Shown here piece by piece: positions 40,881 through 51,202 of a stretch of 55,362 nt of DNA. Origin of the DNA: a virus (taxonomy: Duplodnaviria; Caudoviricetes); the IMG/VR virus record IMGVR_UViG_3300006734_000009, positions 1 through 55,362 of that record; one strand, 5' to 3'. The notes beneath the pieces were generated by a model that searched no databases, had not been told where the DNA came from, and saw only the letters and a program-made list of their open reading frames with translations. A program made the translations under genes and the position numbers. Each line of letters begins with the position of its first letter. Position 1 is the first letter of the stretch.

Positions 40881-43777
40881 TGATTAAGAAAGCACAGGGT
40901 TTGATGAGCGAGGAAGAGGCTAGGGCCTTGTTAGATAAGTACCAAATTTATGTTATAAGTGAACATGATTACCCAAATAAGGAGGAGGCTATTTTTAAAC
41001 CACAATATGCCCCTAGATTGGGTATTGGGGATAAAGGTAGAAATAATATTTTATTTTATACTATTGACCCAGTAGATTATAACATCCTTATGGGAAGGGA
41101 AACTAAACGCAACGAAAAATTATTTGTGACATTCTCGGGGGCAAACGATTTTACAATTGATAAGTTTTTCATGCAATCGGTTATTTATCACCCAATTAAA
41201 GAGTTAAAACAAATGGGTTTTAGCACCACTAGTAATAGCCGGGGTATTAGTAAAAATATCACAGAAAAAAATATTGATGCGTATGATTCTAACAAAGTTC
41301 AAGCGGATTATACCAATACTGTTTTAGCGGTGGCACAATATATTCGTGAAAAAATTTTAGATGAAAGCCGTGGATACGACGAAATAAAAAGATTTTCTTT
41401 TATGTTTAAAGAAACCTTTTTTAGCATTGAATATGACAACCAATCGTTAATAGACGAATATAATAAGGCAATTAATACTCAGTTTCCTAGTTCCTTTACT
41501 GAGGGGTTTGAAACTTACTTTACCCCTAAAGCCTCAAAAAATATAATGAAAAAAATTCGCTCCATTATTAATCGTAGGGGAAGTAGAGAGTTATTTAGGG
41601 GCGTTTCCACGGACAGCACTTCATTTGAATATAGCGACCTAACAGAGCAAAATAAAGAAACCAATTTACTTCGTTTGAATAGATTTTTGGACCCTATTAT
41701 AGATGCGGTAGAGTCTATTGATACTATGAATGTAAGAGCCCTTGACGAAAAAAATTTATTTACCATGAGAGATAATTTTTTGAAGGCGATGGCTCTTTAT
41801 TTTGAAACGAAGTCTTATACCCGCCCCCTAACACTAGCGAGGTTGAAATCACAAGTTATTTCAAGGGAAGTTTCTACTATGTTGAACACTGCCGTTTCTT
41901 CAGCGTTGCCCGGTTTCTATACCTCCGAGGGTAGGCAAGTCGGCTACCAGTTTAACAAATCTATACCCGAAAAAATTAGACAGTTTGAGTTAGCCCTTAC
42001 AAACCCGAAAGAGTTTTTGGAACAATCCGATGATGTGGTTTATAAGGTTCCTTCTAATACGCCTTTAAGCCCAGCAGTAGCAAGACAAATTGAAAGTATT
42101 GACGATATTATAGATAATCAAAAAACTCGGGACAATCTTGAACGAAATGTAGCGATGGGCCTAATTTTTACGAGTGATGCTTTTAATAATTATACTAACC
42201 AATGGGAAAATAAAACTCCGAGAGAACTAGTAAGTGAACACCTCGTAGTGGGAACTACGGAACCTTATGGGTTTAATAGAATACTAGAAGAACCCATACG
42301 AGATTTATTTAAAAGGTATGGGTATGATGATGGGCGTCTTAATGTAGAATACGAAAAAATTTCCGGTAATAAATTTATTATTTCCGTGCTTTATAATTAT
42401 GATGTGGCCGTCAGCGAAGAATATAGAGTTATTAGAGTTGATTTCCTATTTACCCACGAAAGAGAAAATATTATGTCATTAAATTTAATTAGAAATTTAA
42501 AGTTAGAAAAAGCAATAGCGGGCGTATCTCGTTATAGGGAACAAACTAAAACATTTGAAATTGACATTAACTCGCCAACAGATTTTTACTTAGAAATGTC
42601 CAAAGTTTTCAAGAGGATTTTAGTTGCCGAAGATTTCCAAAGTGGAAGTCCGGGGTATTCGGAAAGAAATCCCACGGAACTATCTAATGCTATGGTTAGG
42701 GGGGCTATTAATTCCTATCTTAGAATATTAGGGGGTAAAGCCATTGAAGTTAGGCCCTTTGCATATGATTCCCTAACTGGTAGTAGAAGAGGTTTATATT
42801 ATATCGTTGTTGAAGGAAACGCGACAATATACATAAGTGTAGACGATAGAAAGGCTGGAGTAGCGGCGACAAGGGATGAATACGGTTATGCGGACACTAA
42901 AGGCTCGGCCTGTTTAGGAAACTTAATGCTTGAAATGGTTCCCGAAAATGCACCGTTAGAGGGGTGGGAATCAGCCGTTTATTTATCACCGGAAAATAAA
43001 GTTAAGGTTAACCACGAGCCCTCTATGTGTGTAAATTTAACTATTCCTGAAACGGAAAGGACTAGAGGACCAGCAACAGGAGGCTACAATGTAGACTCTT
43101 TATCTAATGTCTTGGGGGGAGTAGGGTTACAGGGGGGTAAAATTGGAACCCCACTTCTCCCCCCTAATGTTAAACAAACTATTCTTGGTGGTTTTACAGA
43201 CGAACGGGGACGAGAAGTTGCCTCTACTCATTTGCCCTCATTGGATGTTAAACAAAGTTTTAGCACCTTAGTTGGTGATGACGAGACAGGGGAATTTATA
43301 AACGCTGCATTCAATTTCCCCGAAAATATTATGGATGTAGGGGGGTATGATGTCAAAGTTAATAATTTAGCAAAGGTCGCTTCCGGTCTTTTAAATAAAA
43401 ACAATATTAAAAGTTCTGAGGAGGCGCGTGATTTTATTCAAAGTAATATAGAAATAGAACTCCCCGACAGTGTAACGACGATAGTAGAGGCGGACGTTTT
43501 GCCTTCTGTAAAGGATAAGGCGTTTCAATACGCAATTGAAGGGTTGGTAAAATTTTATAACGAGACAGGCCAGCAAAGAATTACTTCTTTTGACTTATTG
43601 CAACAGTTAGTTGATACAAACAGGGAGGAACTATACGAAATTCACCTAGAACAGGCCCGTTTGGGTGCTGACTATGGCGGCGGAGGATTTGATTATAAAC
43701 CTCAGCAAGAAATAGAAAACCGAAGTTTAAACATTAGAAGAATTAAAAGAAGAGAAGGAGGAAATAACAATGAATGA
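40877..43777 (+). CDS. Large hypothetical protein in the head module
   Basis: 966-aa ORF; starts MMIKK-A. Confidence 0.7.
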   Translation: MMIKKAQGLMSEEEARALLDKYQIYVISEHDYPNKEEAIFKPQYAPRLGIGDKGRNNILFYTIDPVDYNILMGRETKRNEKLFVTFSGANDFTIDKFFMQSVIYHPIKELKQMGFSTTSNSRGISKNITEKNIDAYDSNKVQADYTNTVLAVAQYIREKILDESRGYDEIKRFSFMFKETFFSIEYDNQSLIDEYNKAINTQFPSSFTEGFETYFTPKASKNIMKKIRSIINRRGSRELFRGVSTDSTSFEYSDLTEQNKETNLLRLNRFLDPIIDAVESIDTMNVRALDEKNLFTMRDNFLKAMALYFETKSYTRPLTLARLKSQVISREVSTMLNTAVSSALPGFYTSEGRQVGYQFNKSIPEKIRQFELALTNPKEFLEQSDDVVYKVPSNTPLSPAVARQIESIDDIIDNQKTRDNLERNVAMGLIFTSDAFNNYTNQWENKTPRELVSEHLVVGTTEPYGFNRILEEPIRDLFKRYGYDDGRLNVEYEKISGNKFIISVLYNYDVAVSEEYRVIRVDFLFTHERENIMSLNLIRNLKLEKAIAGVSRYREQTKTFEIDINSPTDFYLEMSKVFKRILVAEDFQSGSPGYSERNPTELSNAMVRGAINSYLRILGGKAIEVRPFAYDSLTGSRRGLYYIVVEGNATIYISVDDRKAGVAATRDEYGYADTKGSACLGNLMLEMVPENAPLEGWESAVYLSPENKVKVNHEPSMCVNLTIPETERTRGPATGGYNVDSLSNVLGGVGLQGGKIGTPLLPPNVKQTILGGFTDERGREVASTHLPSLDVKQSFSTLVGDDETGEFINAAFNFPENIMDVGGYDVKVNNLAKVASGLLNKNNIKSSEEARDFIQSNIEIELPDSVTTIVEADVLPSVKDKAFQYAIEGLVKFYNETGQQRITSFDLLQQLVDTNREELYEIHLEQARLGADYGGGGFDYKPQQEIENRSLNIRRIKRREGGNNNE

Positions 43778-43946
43778 TAACATTAGAAAAAAATTAGATG
43801 CTAAGAAAGAAGAGATTAAAAAGAAACATAAAGATTTATCTATGGGAGTTCCCGAAGCACCACCGGAAAAGTGGGAAAAGAATCCTCAAATTCCCAACTT
43901 TGTTCAAGGTGGTCCAAAAATGAGTAAGAAGTGGAAGCAAGTTTGA
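43770..43946 (+). CDS. Small basic protein
   Basis: MNDNIRKKLDAKKEEIKKKH...; GGAGG SD. Confidence 0.55.
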   Translation: MNDNIRKKLDAKKEEIKKKHKDLSMGVPEAPPEKWEKNPQIPNFVQGGPKMSKKWKQV

Positions 43947-43955
43947 GGCGATTAA

Positions 43956-45290
43956 ATGAGTTTCTTAAATCCGATTTTTGGCCTCAAACAATACATTTAT
44001 GAAACTAAGGGTCCTGTTAGTAATGCAGAAATGAACCAAATCATGGACCAAGCAGTAAAGTTTCAAAAGAATGAGGCCTATGACGGCAGTTTAATTACTG
44101 AGGATATTGCTAATTTTATTAGGAACATCCCTAAACCAATTGAGACTATTAGTGCTGATGCTTTAGTGGATAGGTTATTGCCATACTTTAGGGTTAACTC
44201 ACAAAAACAATCTTACACTAAGAAAAAATTAGTAAAGGATGAAGAAACAGGGGAGGAATCCGTGCAGACACTCGGACAGGGAAATACTCGTAGGTTCTTT
44301 ATTAACTTAGGAACTTCCGCTAAATATGTCTCATTTATACCTGACACCGCCGAATTGGGCGAACAACTTGAAGCAGACCCTCACGACGGTCTTAGGTCCA
44401 TTAGTGGGATTTATTCAAGAAAGGGAAACATTGTTAGGGTTGTTATGAGTAGGCTTGATAACGCTTTAAATGGGAACCGCTTCACTAAAGAACTTCGTGA
44501 ACTTTACGATGAGATTATTGATGTTCTACCAATTGACATTAACATACCCAAAAGAAATGTGCAGGAAAGAAAAAATTTACTAAGAGGTTTGTCCAACACT
44601 GCTGACGCTGTTTTAGACGCAAAAAGAACTAGTTCCGACAGACTTAAGGACGCCCTTACACCAGTAGGGGAAGAAGGACAATTTGAGAAATTTCAAAAGG
44701 AATGGCCTACCATTAAGAAAGAAATCGCCAACAGAGTTCCAATTGGTAGAGTCCCCAGCAGGGAAGTTATTGATAGCGTCGGTAAATATTTGAAGGGTAA
44801 ATATACCCTTGATAAATTAGCCGCCCCGCTATTTTCTGTGAACAGTCCTTTAGAGGAGGAACTTGAAGAAAGGGTTTCACAAAGGCCCGGAAGCCCAACC
44901 TACGGAGAGTTAATTTTTAAAGCCATATTGAAAAAGGCTAGTGCTAACGCATTTAAGCAGGTTCAGTTAGATAGGGACTATGCTAGTTTAGAAGAAGATG
45001 ATTCTTTCTTTAACAAAATGGAAATTGCAGACCTACCCGAGGATGAACGCCGCCGTGTCAAAACTTTCTTACAGGACGCCGAGCCGACAGAATTTTTTGG
45101 TGAAGAATACCTTAAGTTAACAAAACTTATAAATACATTGGCTGATGTAGTGGATTCATCCGAGGAGGAAGAGTTAGAGGGGATGGATGAAGAAAACCTT
45201 AAACTCATCAAGAAACTAGCCCACCTTCGTAAGCGATACGAAAAACTTTATCAAGAAATATACGGAATGGTATACGGAGAGGAAGAATAA
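43956..45290 (+). CDS. Hypothetical head-module protein
   Basis: 444-aa ORF. Confidence 0.7.
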   Translation: MSFLNPIFGLKQYIYETKGPVSNAEMNQIMDQAVKFQKNEAYDGSLITEDIANFIRNIPKPIETISADALVDRLLPYFRVNSQKQSYTKKKLVKDEETGEESVQTLGQGNTRRFFINLGTSAKYVSFIPDTAELGEQLEADPHDGLRSISGIYSRKGNIVRVVMSRLDNALNGNRFTKELRELYDEIIDVLPIDINIPKRNVQERKNLLRGLSNTADAVLDAKRTSSDRLKDALTPVGEEGQFEKFQKEWPTIKKEIANRVPIGRVPSREVIDSVGKYLKGKYTLDKLAAPLFSVNSPLEEELEERVSQRPGSPTYGELIFKAILKKASANAFKQVQLDRDYASLEEDDSFFNKMEIADLPEDERRRVKTFLQDAEPTEFFGEEYLKLTKLINTLADVVDSSEEEELEGMDEENLKLIKKLAHLRKRYEKLYQEIYGMVYGEEE

Positions 45291-45514
45291 TGGAAGAAGT
45301 AGTAGAAATTATCAAAATGTTAATTACTAGAATTGAGAGTCTTGAATCGCAGGTTCGGGATGCAAATATGAATTTAATGAAGTCGGGTATGGTTGTTCAC
45401 ACACCACGCCCGTCTATGGCTGTTGCTAGTCCTGTCCCATCAGGCGATAATATCGCTAAAATGGATTGGGAAGAATTAAACGCCTTAGTAGGGAAATTGG
45501 AGGGAACACTATGA
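45290..45514 (+). CDS. Small coiled-coil head-module protein
   Basis: LMKSG and IAKMDWEEL; the latter resembles the scaffold C-terminus MTWEEIH. Confidence 0.65.
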   Translation: MEEVVEIIKMLITRIESLESQVRDANMNLMKSGMVVHTPRPSMAVASPVPSGDNIAKMDWEELNALVGKLEGTL

Positions 45515-45942
45515 GTATGGTAGACGAGGAACCGACGCAAGATTTGAGAGATAGTAAAATGCTGTTAAGCCGACTAGTTGAGTTAGAAAGCATCATTAGC
45601 AACGCATTGGGAATTGCCGCTGAAACTGGAGAAGAACGCCCCTACAAGCAGGTTAAACCACAACCGGTGAATGTTGAAAACTTGGCCGCTAAAGCAATCC
45701 CCGGCTCAGTTCAAGAAGTTAAAAAGAGTAGAGATTACAAACTCTTACCCGAACATATGTTTTACAAAAGCACCGAGGAAGAAAGAGGTGAACCCCGAAC
45801 TGAGGATGCAGATTTACCCGAGGATTCCCAAGATAAGGATTTGGTCGCCGCATTAGAAACCGCTTTGGAAAAACTACGACGAGCAAAACACACTCTCCGA
45901 GTTTCCGAAGAAGCCGCATTTGTTCCCTCCGATGAAGCATAG
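45511..45942 (+). CDS. Hypothetical head-module protein
   Basis: ORF with ATGA overlap. Confidence 0.6.
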   Translation: MSMVDEEPTQDLRDSKMLLSRLVELESIISNALGIAAETGEERPYKQVKPQPVNVENLAAKAIPGSVQEVKKSRDYKLLPEHMFYKSTEEERGEPRTEDADLPEDSQDKDLVAALETALEKLRRAKHTLRVSEEAAFVPSDEA

Positions 45943-45953
45943 GGGGGTTAGAA

Positions 45954-48032
45954 ATGACCGTTGATTTTTTTTCTATTTCTAAGAATAGGACCTCTCTTAC
46001 GAATAGGATTAAGGCTACCTATTTAACTGCTGTTGAAAACCCCAAAGCATACGATTACGAATGGGAAGAACTCGTCATTGAGATGAGAAATCTATTAAAG
46101 GACCCCGTATATCAAGAAATGTTTCCCGACTTAGAAACAGAAATTTTATATTCCGATAAAACACTTGATGTTAAGGAAAGCAGGGCAAGGGAGTTATACA
46201 ACGCCTGTATGTCAAAGCCCGTTTTAATCAAGGAAGAGAAGAGGGAATTTATTGAACCCAATAAACCAATGTATAGAATTTTTTCAATTGACGACTTGCG
46301 AGAAATTAAAGGGATGACCGGTGAGTATATTATTCAAGAAAAATACGACGGTTTAAGAGTGCAGGTTCACAAAAAGGGGGAAAAAATTACTATCTACTCC
46401 TTTAATGGTAATGATATTACTTCTAAATTTTCTAAGTGTGTAAAGTATCTAAAAGAAAAGGACACCAAAGATTTCATTCTTGATGGGGAGGCGGTTCTCT
46501 ACAAAGATGGCGAGCCTCTCGTTAGGGCAGATACGCTGGCTCATATTAATAAAAAGGTTGAGTCGGAGGAGGATATTAAAATTCATGTGTTTGACATCAT
46601 GCACTACGACGAAGAATCGGTTGCGATGGAAAAATTTGAGGATAGAATTAAAATTCTAATTGGAGAATTTAGTGGTCTAACGAATGAGGTAGTTTTATTC
46701 CCCACCAAAAATAATACTCGTGAGGCTGACTCCTACGAAGAAATTGAAGAATACGCTATGGAAATTATGAAGAATCCTACCTCGGAAGGCGTGGTTATTA
46801 AAGATTCAAAATCTTCCTATGTAATCGGAAAGAAGAAAAATCCCAAGTGGATTAAGTGGAAGAAGGTAATTGATTTGGATGTTTTGGTTCTTTCAAAGAG
46901 AAAAAATAAGAATAATTCTTTCACTTACATTGTGGGGGTAGGTCCCGTTGATGAAGAAACTCCCAAAGCAAAAGAATACGAAGGTAAGTTTTACGCCGAG
47001 GTTGGAAAAACTACTAATACTAAAGTAAATGTGGACGAGGGTAAAATTATTCGTGTAAAGGTAGACGAAGTTATGGGCAACGAGAAAAAGGGATTTAGTC
47101 TCTATAATGCACAATTTCACGAAATTCCCGAGGTATCGGAGTCCGATAAATTAATAACACTTGAATTCTTAACTAAGAATGGTAGGAAAAGTTTGGCTGA
47201 CTACAAGGTTGAAGCACTAAAGAAGTCTTATGTCATTACAGACGGGGTTCACGGTATCGCTAAAATGGATTTGGAATTAAACATGGACGGGTTAATTTTT
47301 CACGGATTTAAGGAAAAGAACCTCATGTCTAAGAATGCCTTTCCACAAATGGATGTTTGGAAGAAAGAAATCAAAAGAGCCTACGGGAAAGACAGTGGTA
47401 GGTTCATGGCTTTTGTTCAAAATATTTTAATTAACGAGGGAAGTAAGTCCCTACAAGAATTATTTAAGCGAGGTATGAAGCACGACCCCGATATGATGAG
47501 TAGACTATTTGGTGATAAAGACGGTATAAGGTCTATGAAAAACCGACTCATGGAAGTCGGGGACGCCTACGGCATTAAGGGTAAGGACAGATTTTTTTAC
47601 GATGGTAATGCCTTGAATAAGATGTCGGAAAAGGAAGGCGAGTTTATGATGTGGCTTGGTAAGGATGAAAAAATTTACTTTACGATTAAGCACGAGGACT
47701 TTGAGAATAATTGGGCCGTGGACATTGAATCTAAAGATAATATCTATGACTTTTTGGGCGAGGCAGGTAAATATCCCGTTGAGTTAGTTTCTACAATTCA
47801 AGACGACATGATGATTGATAAGGGTAATCTCATGTTAGGCGCACAACGACATGGTTATCACGAGTATATTCTCAACGGAAAGGATGTTCAGTCTAAACTG
47901 CACATTAGATACCTTCCCGTAAAGGATGAAAAAATGTGGTTGGCTTGGACGGGATATGAAACCGAACCCACACCGGAAAGTTCCGATGATGGGTTAAATG
48001 ATGCTAGGGCAGATAAATATATTAAAATGTGA
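45954..48032 (+). CDS. lig: ATP-dependent DNA ligase with N- and C-terminal extensions
   Basis: Motif I EKYDGLR, III FILDGE, IIIa HVFDIM, IV EGVVIK, V WIKWK, OB domain. Confidence 0.9.
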   Translation: MTVDFFSISKNRTSLTNRIKATYLTAVENPKAYDYEWEELVIEMRNLLKDPVYQEMFPDLETEILYSDKTLDVKESRARELYNACMSKPVLIKEEKREFIEPNKPMYRIFSIDDLREIKGMTGEYIIQEKYDGLRVQVHKKGEKITIYSFNGNDITSKFSKCVKYLKEKDTKDFILDGEAVLYKDGEPLVRADTLAHINKKVESEEDIKIHVFDIMHYDEESVAMEKFEDRIKILIGEFSGLTNEVVLFPTKNNTREADSYEEIEEYAMEIMKNPTSEGVVIKDSKSSYVIGKKKNPKWIKWKKVIDLDVLVLSKRKNKNNSFTYIVGVGPVDEETPKAKEYEGKFYAEVGKTTNTKVNVDEGKIIRVKVDEVMGNEKKGFSLYNAQFHEIPEVSESDKLITLEFLTKNGRKSLADYKVEALKKSYVITDGVHGIAKMDLELNMDGLIFHGFKEKNLMSKNAFPQMDVWKKEIKRAYGKDSGRFMAFVQNILINEGSKSLQELFKRGMKHDPDMMSRLFGDKDGIRSMKNRLMEVGDAYGIKGKDRFFYDGNALNKMSEKEGEFMMWLGKDEKIYFTIKHEDFENNWAVDIESKDNIYDFLGEAGKYPVELVSTIQDDMMIDKGNLMLGAQRHGYHEYILNGKDVQSKLHIRYLPVKDEKMWLAWTGYETEPTPESSDDGLNDARADKYIKM

Positions 48033-48053
48033 GATTTATTACAAAATTTCAAG

Positions 48054-48067
48054 AAATATTTATATAG
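48054..48067 (+). promoter_or_regulatory. Putative late promoter
   Basis: AAATATTTATATAG ending about 22 nt before the ATG; same 14-mer as at 19132. Confidence 0.6.
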
Positions 48068-48088
48068 TCTATTAACCTACTATTTACT

Positions 48089-49237
48089 ATGCAGTTGGAA
48101 ACTCCAATGTTTGGCAACGACCCTACCGACGGTGGGGAATTTGTTATTCTTAAGGAAAACAAGGATTGCGTTATTGCTGGCTACGCTTCGGTTGATGTGG
48201 TGGACAAGCAAAACGACAAAATCACCCTTAATGCTATCCGTGAAGCGGCAGACGGTTTTATGAAAAATGACCGCTTCCGAAATGTGATGATTACCCACTC
48301 CAATGTGCAAGTGGGTGAAGTCCTTGACAGTTATACAGATTCCAAAGGAAAAGTCCTAAAAACAGGCGTAGATGATACAGGTTTTTTTGTAGTGATTAAG
48401 TTAAGAAATGATATTGAGAAGGCAAAGGAAGTAGCGAGGGATGTTCGTCGTGGAAAACTTCGTTCCTTCTCAATTGGAGGACAGGCAATTAATAAGGCCA
48501 ATAAATATGACCCCGACATCGGAAGTTATAAAGAAATTGACAAACTAGAATTGCATGAAATCACTATTTGTGAAGAAGGGATTAATCCCGAAGCCAAATT
48601 TAATATAATTAAGGAGGATAAAAAAATGAGTGAAATTGAAAAGGCGTTGGCCGAATTTAATGATGTTATGGCAGAACTGAAAAATACTGTTCTTCTCAAG
48701 GAAGAAGAAGAGGATAAGATGGAAGAAGCCGGAGGCGACGAGGAGATGAAAGAACTCCGAGGCGGTTCTAAGGATGAAATGGAAATGGAAATGTTGGATG
48801 ACGCCAACATGGAAGAAGTGGAAATGGGCGACTATGGCGAGGACAAGGAAGCCCTTGAATACATGGAAAGAAAGGGTGTTGACACTCTTGACCTCTCCCC
48901 TTCTAACATTGAAAAGGCTTACGAGCATTTCCGTGCAGAAAAGGAAGAGGAGCGAGCCTACGAGTTAATTAAGAATGACTTTGAAGCCCGCTATCAGCGA
49001 GAACTTGAGATTGAGAAGGCTGAAATTGCCAAGTCCAAGTTTAACGCACAGAACGAACTTTCCCAACTCCGAGAGGAACTTTCTACCCTTAAGAAGAGTT
49101 TGGAAAACAACGAAATCGCTAAGGCACAGTCTGTTGAAGAAACGACTCGCCAACTTAGCGAAGATTTTTCCCGTGTTAGCGAGATGACTTGGGAAGAGAT
49201 TCATGGTCTTTTCTCAAAGCACGAGGGAGGTATTTAA
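48089..49237 (+). CDS. Prohead protease fused to scaffold domain
   Basis: IAGYASV..VDKQND, catalytic H (MITHS) and S (RSFSIGG), EITIC..GINPEAKF; acidic coiled-coil C-terminal half. Confidence 0.9.
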   Translation: MQLETPMFGNDPTDGGEFVILKENKDCVIAGYASVDVVDKQNDKITLNAIREAADGFMKNDRFRNVMITHSNVQVGEVLDSYTDSKGKVLKTGVDDTGFFVVIKLRNDIEKAKEVARDVRRGKLRSFSIGGQAINKANKYDPDIGSYKEIDKLELHEITICEEGINPEAKFNIIKEDKKMSEIEKALAEFNDVMAELKNTVLLKEEEEDKMEEAGGDEEMKELRGGSKDEMEMEMLDDANMEEVEMGDYGEDKEALEYMERKGVDTLDLSPSNIEKAYEHFRAEKEEERAYELIKNDFEARYQRELEIEKAEIAKSKFNAQNELSQLREELSTLKKSLENNEIAKAQSVEETTRQLSEDFSRVSEMTWEEIHGLFSKHEGGI

Positions 49238-49238
49238 A

Positions 49239-50453
49239 ATGAGTGGATATTTTAAGACTATTGGAGACTTGGAGCGAGCAACCTATGGATTGGGTAGCGA
49301 TAACCTTATGAAATCGGAAGGTATTACTTCCGGCATTGTCGGTGAACACTTTTCGGCAACTGCTGGTAGCACCCCTGCTCTCTACAACTTGATTTACGGT
49401 CAGAAGGTTTGGTCCATGATTAACCGTGAAATCAACGCTTTGTCTATTCTTCCCAAGAAGCCTTGGAAGTCTAGCGGTTGGAGAATTCTTAAGGAGCGTG
49501 CTGTTGGTGGCGGTGCAGATACTTTTTCTGCTAACCCCGACAAACTCGGTGGAACTGCTGAAAATGCCGCACTTTCGGACATCACGAATGTTAAGCCCGA
49601 ATACGATGTGCTGAGTGTAACGCCTAAGACTATCGCTCACACTTTTGAGATTTCGGAGATTGCACAAATGATGGCTGGTCTTGATGACGGTATTGGCGAC
49701 CTTATTTCCAATTACCGTGAAGAGGTTGGTATTACTCACGCTGAAGTTATGAACCGACAAATTTTGCTTGACCTTACTTCTAACCAAGATGGTCTGCAAC
49801 ATTCCAGTCTTTCCGATGCAGAGCGAGACAGAAACCTTACTTCGTTGTATAAGATTGTTTCTAACTTTGACGAATTGGACGATTCCGGTGAAATCTTTAC
49901 TAACGCTTTAGACCTTTATGGTGCTACGAGAAGTTCCGGCTCCGACCCTCACTTGGAATCCTATGTTGATACTAACTCGGGAACGGACAGAAACCTTACG
50001 GTTAACCTGCTTAACACGGCCCTTCGTAATTTGAAGGCTCGTGGTGCTGAACCAAAGGTTATTTTGACGGGCTACGATACCATTCAAACCCTCGGTGAAT
50101 TGCTTCAAGCACAGGAGCGTTTCATGGGTAGAACGGAAGTGACGCCATCCCACAACGGTATTAAGGGTGTTGAAGGTAGAGAAGTCGGTTTCCGTGTTGC
50201 TACCTATCACGATGTCCCAATTATTCCTGTTAAGGATATGCCAAACAGTGGCTCGGGTGTTTCGGATATGTTAATTCTTGATACGGACCACCTGTTCCTT
50301 TGCACGCTTAAGCCTACGGAATACTTTGAAGGCGGTATTAACGCTGATGTTTTCGGTCATGGAAAGTTGGGCCACCGAGGTCTTTACCGAACCGTTGCCG
50401 AGACTGTCTGCACCTACTTCCGAGGACAGGGTAAAATCATTGACCTTCAATGA
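49239..50453 (+). CDS. Major capsid protein (HK97 fold)
   Basis: Follows the protease; 404 aa; IYGQKVWSMINRE, PKTIAH, GFRVATYHDVPII, GKIIDLQ as in archaeal tailed-virus MCPs. Confidence 0.88.
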   Translation: MSGYFKTIGDLERATYGLGSDNLMKSEGITSGIVGEHFSATAGSTPALYNLIYGQKVWSMINREINALSILPKKPWKSSGWRILKERAVGGGADTFSANPDKLGGTAENAALSDITNVKPEYDVLSVTPKTIAHTFEISEIAQMMAGLDDGIGDLISNYREEVGITHAEVMNRQILLDLTSNQDGLQHSSLSDAERDRNLTSLYKIVSNFDELDDSGEIFTNALDLYGATRSSGSDPHLESYVDTNSGTDRNLTVNLLNTALRNLKARGAEPKVILTGYDTIQTLGELLQAQERFMGRTEVTPSHNGIKGVEGREVGFRVATYHDVPIIPVKDMPNSGSGVSDMLILDTDHLFLCTLKPTEYFEGGINADVFGHGKLGHRGLYRTVAETVCTYFRGQGKIIDLQ

Positions 50454-50463
50454 GGTGTTTTGA

Positions 50464-50817
50464 ATGGCTCATACTGTAACAATTTTAGCAGACCATTTAG
50501 GTTTTGCTGGCCCCCGTGCTATGGGAGCAGAATATGTGGTGGATGCAATTATTGACATTACCTCTTATACTGCTGGTGGAGAAGCAATTGACGCTTCGGA
50601 TTTGGGTCTTTCTCGTGTTTTGGCAGTTATGGTTACAGGTCAAACCGAGGTAACTCAGTTAGCCGTTGCTGAATGCACCGACGCTGGACTTTACGGAAAT
50701 GCTGATGCTAGCGATAATACGGACGGTTCTAAGTTCACTATTGTTGTTAGTGCTAGTGGTTCCGAGGGTTCCGGCGACTTACAGGGTGTAAGGGTTAGGG
50801 CATTTGGTTTGCTTTGA
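50464..50817 (+). CDS. Putative capsid decoration/minor head protein
   Basis: Beta-rich, SYTAGGEAIDASDLGL; directly after the MCP. Confidence 0.55.
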   Translation: MAHTVTILADHLGFAGPRAMGAEYVVDAIIDITSYTAGGEAIDASDLGLSRVLAVMVTGQTEVTQLAVAECTDAGLYGNADASDNTDGSKFTIVVSASGSEGSGDLQGVRVRAFGLL

Positions 50818-50827
50818 GGTGAAGTAA

Positions 50828-51157
50828 ATGAGAGTTAAGAATATTACCGGCGGGACTAAGGTTATTCTTGGAAGGGCGTATCTTGGAAACAAAGAATACG
50901 ATGTCTCCGAGGACCTGCGTAATATTTTTCTAAAGAATGGATTTGAAATCTTGGGTGAGGAGGTGGCTGAAACCCCCGTTGAGGAAACCTTAGAAGAATC
51001 AACGGAGGTTGATGAAGTCGCACCCTCCCCGGATTTCTCTTCTATGACGAAGAAAGAATTACAAACTTACCTTACCGAGCAAGGTGTTGTATATCTTAGA
51101 CAAAACACCAAGGCTGAATTGCTTTCACTTTGCTTAGGTGAAAGTGAAGAAGAGTAA
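50828..51157 (+). CDS. Protein with C-terminal HeH/Rho-N/SAP-like motif
   Basis: DFSSMTKKELQTYLTEQGV....NTKAELLSL. Confidence 0.65.
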   Translation: MRVKNITGGTKVILGRAYLGNKEYDVSEDLRNIFLKNGFEILGEEVAETPVEETLEESTEVDEVAPSPDFSSMTKKELQTYLTEQGVVYLRQNTKAELLSLCLGESEEE

Positions 51158-51202
51158 GTTTTATAACATAGTCTCGCTTGGTTAATACCAAGAGGGAATA
51201 TT

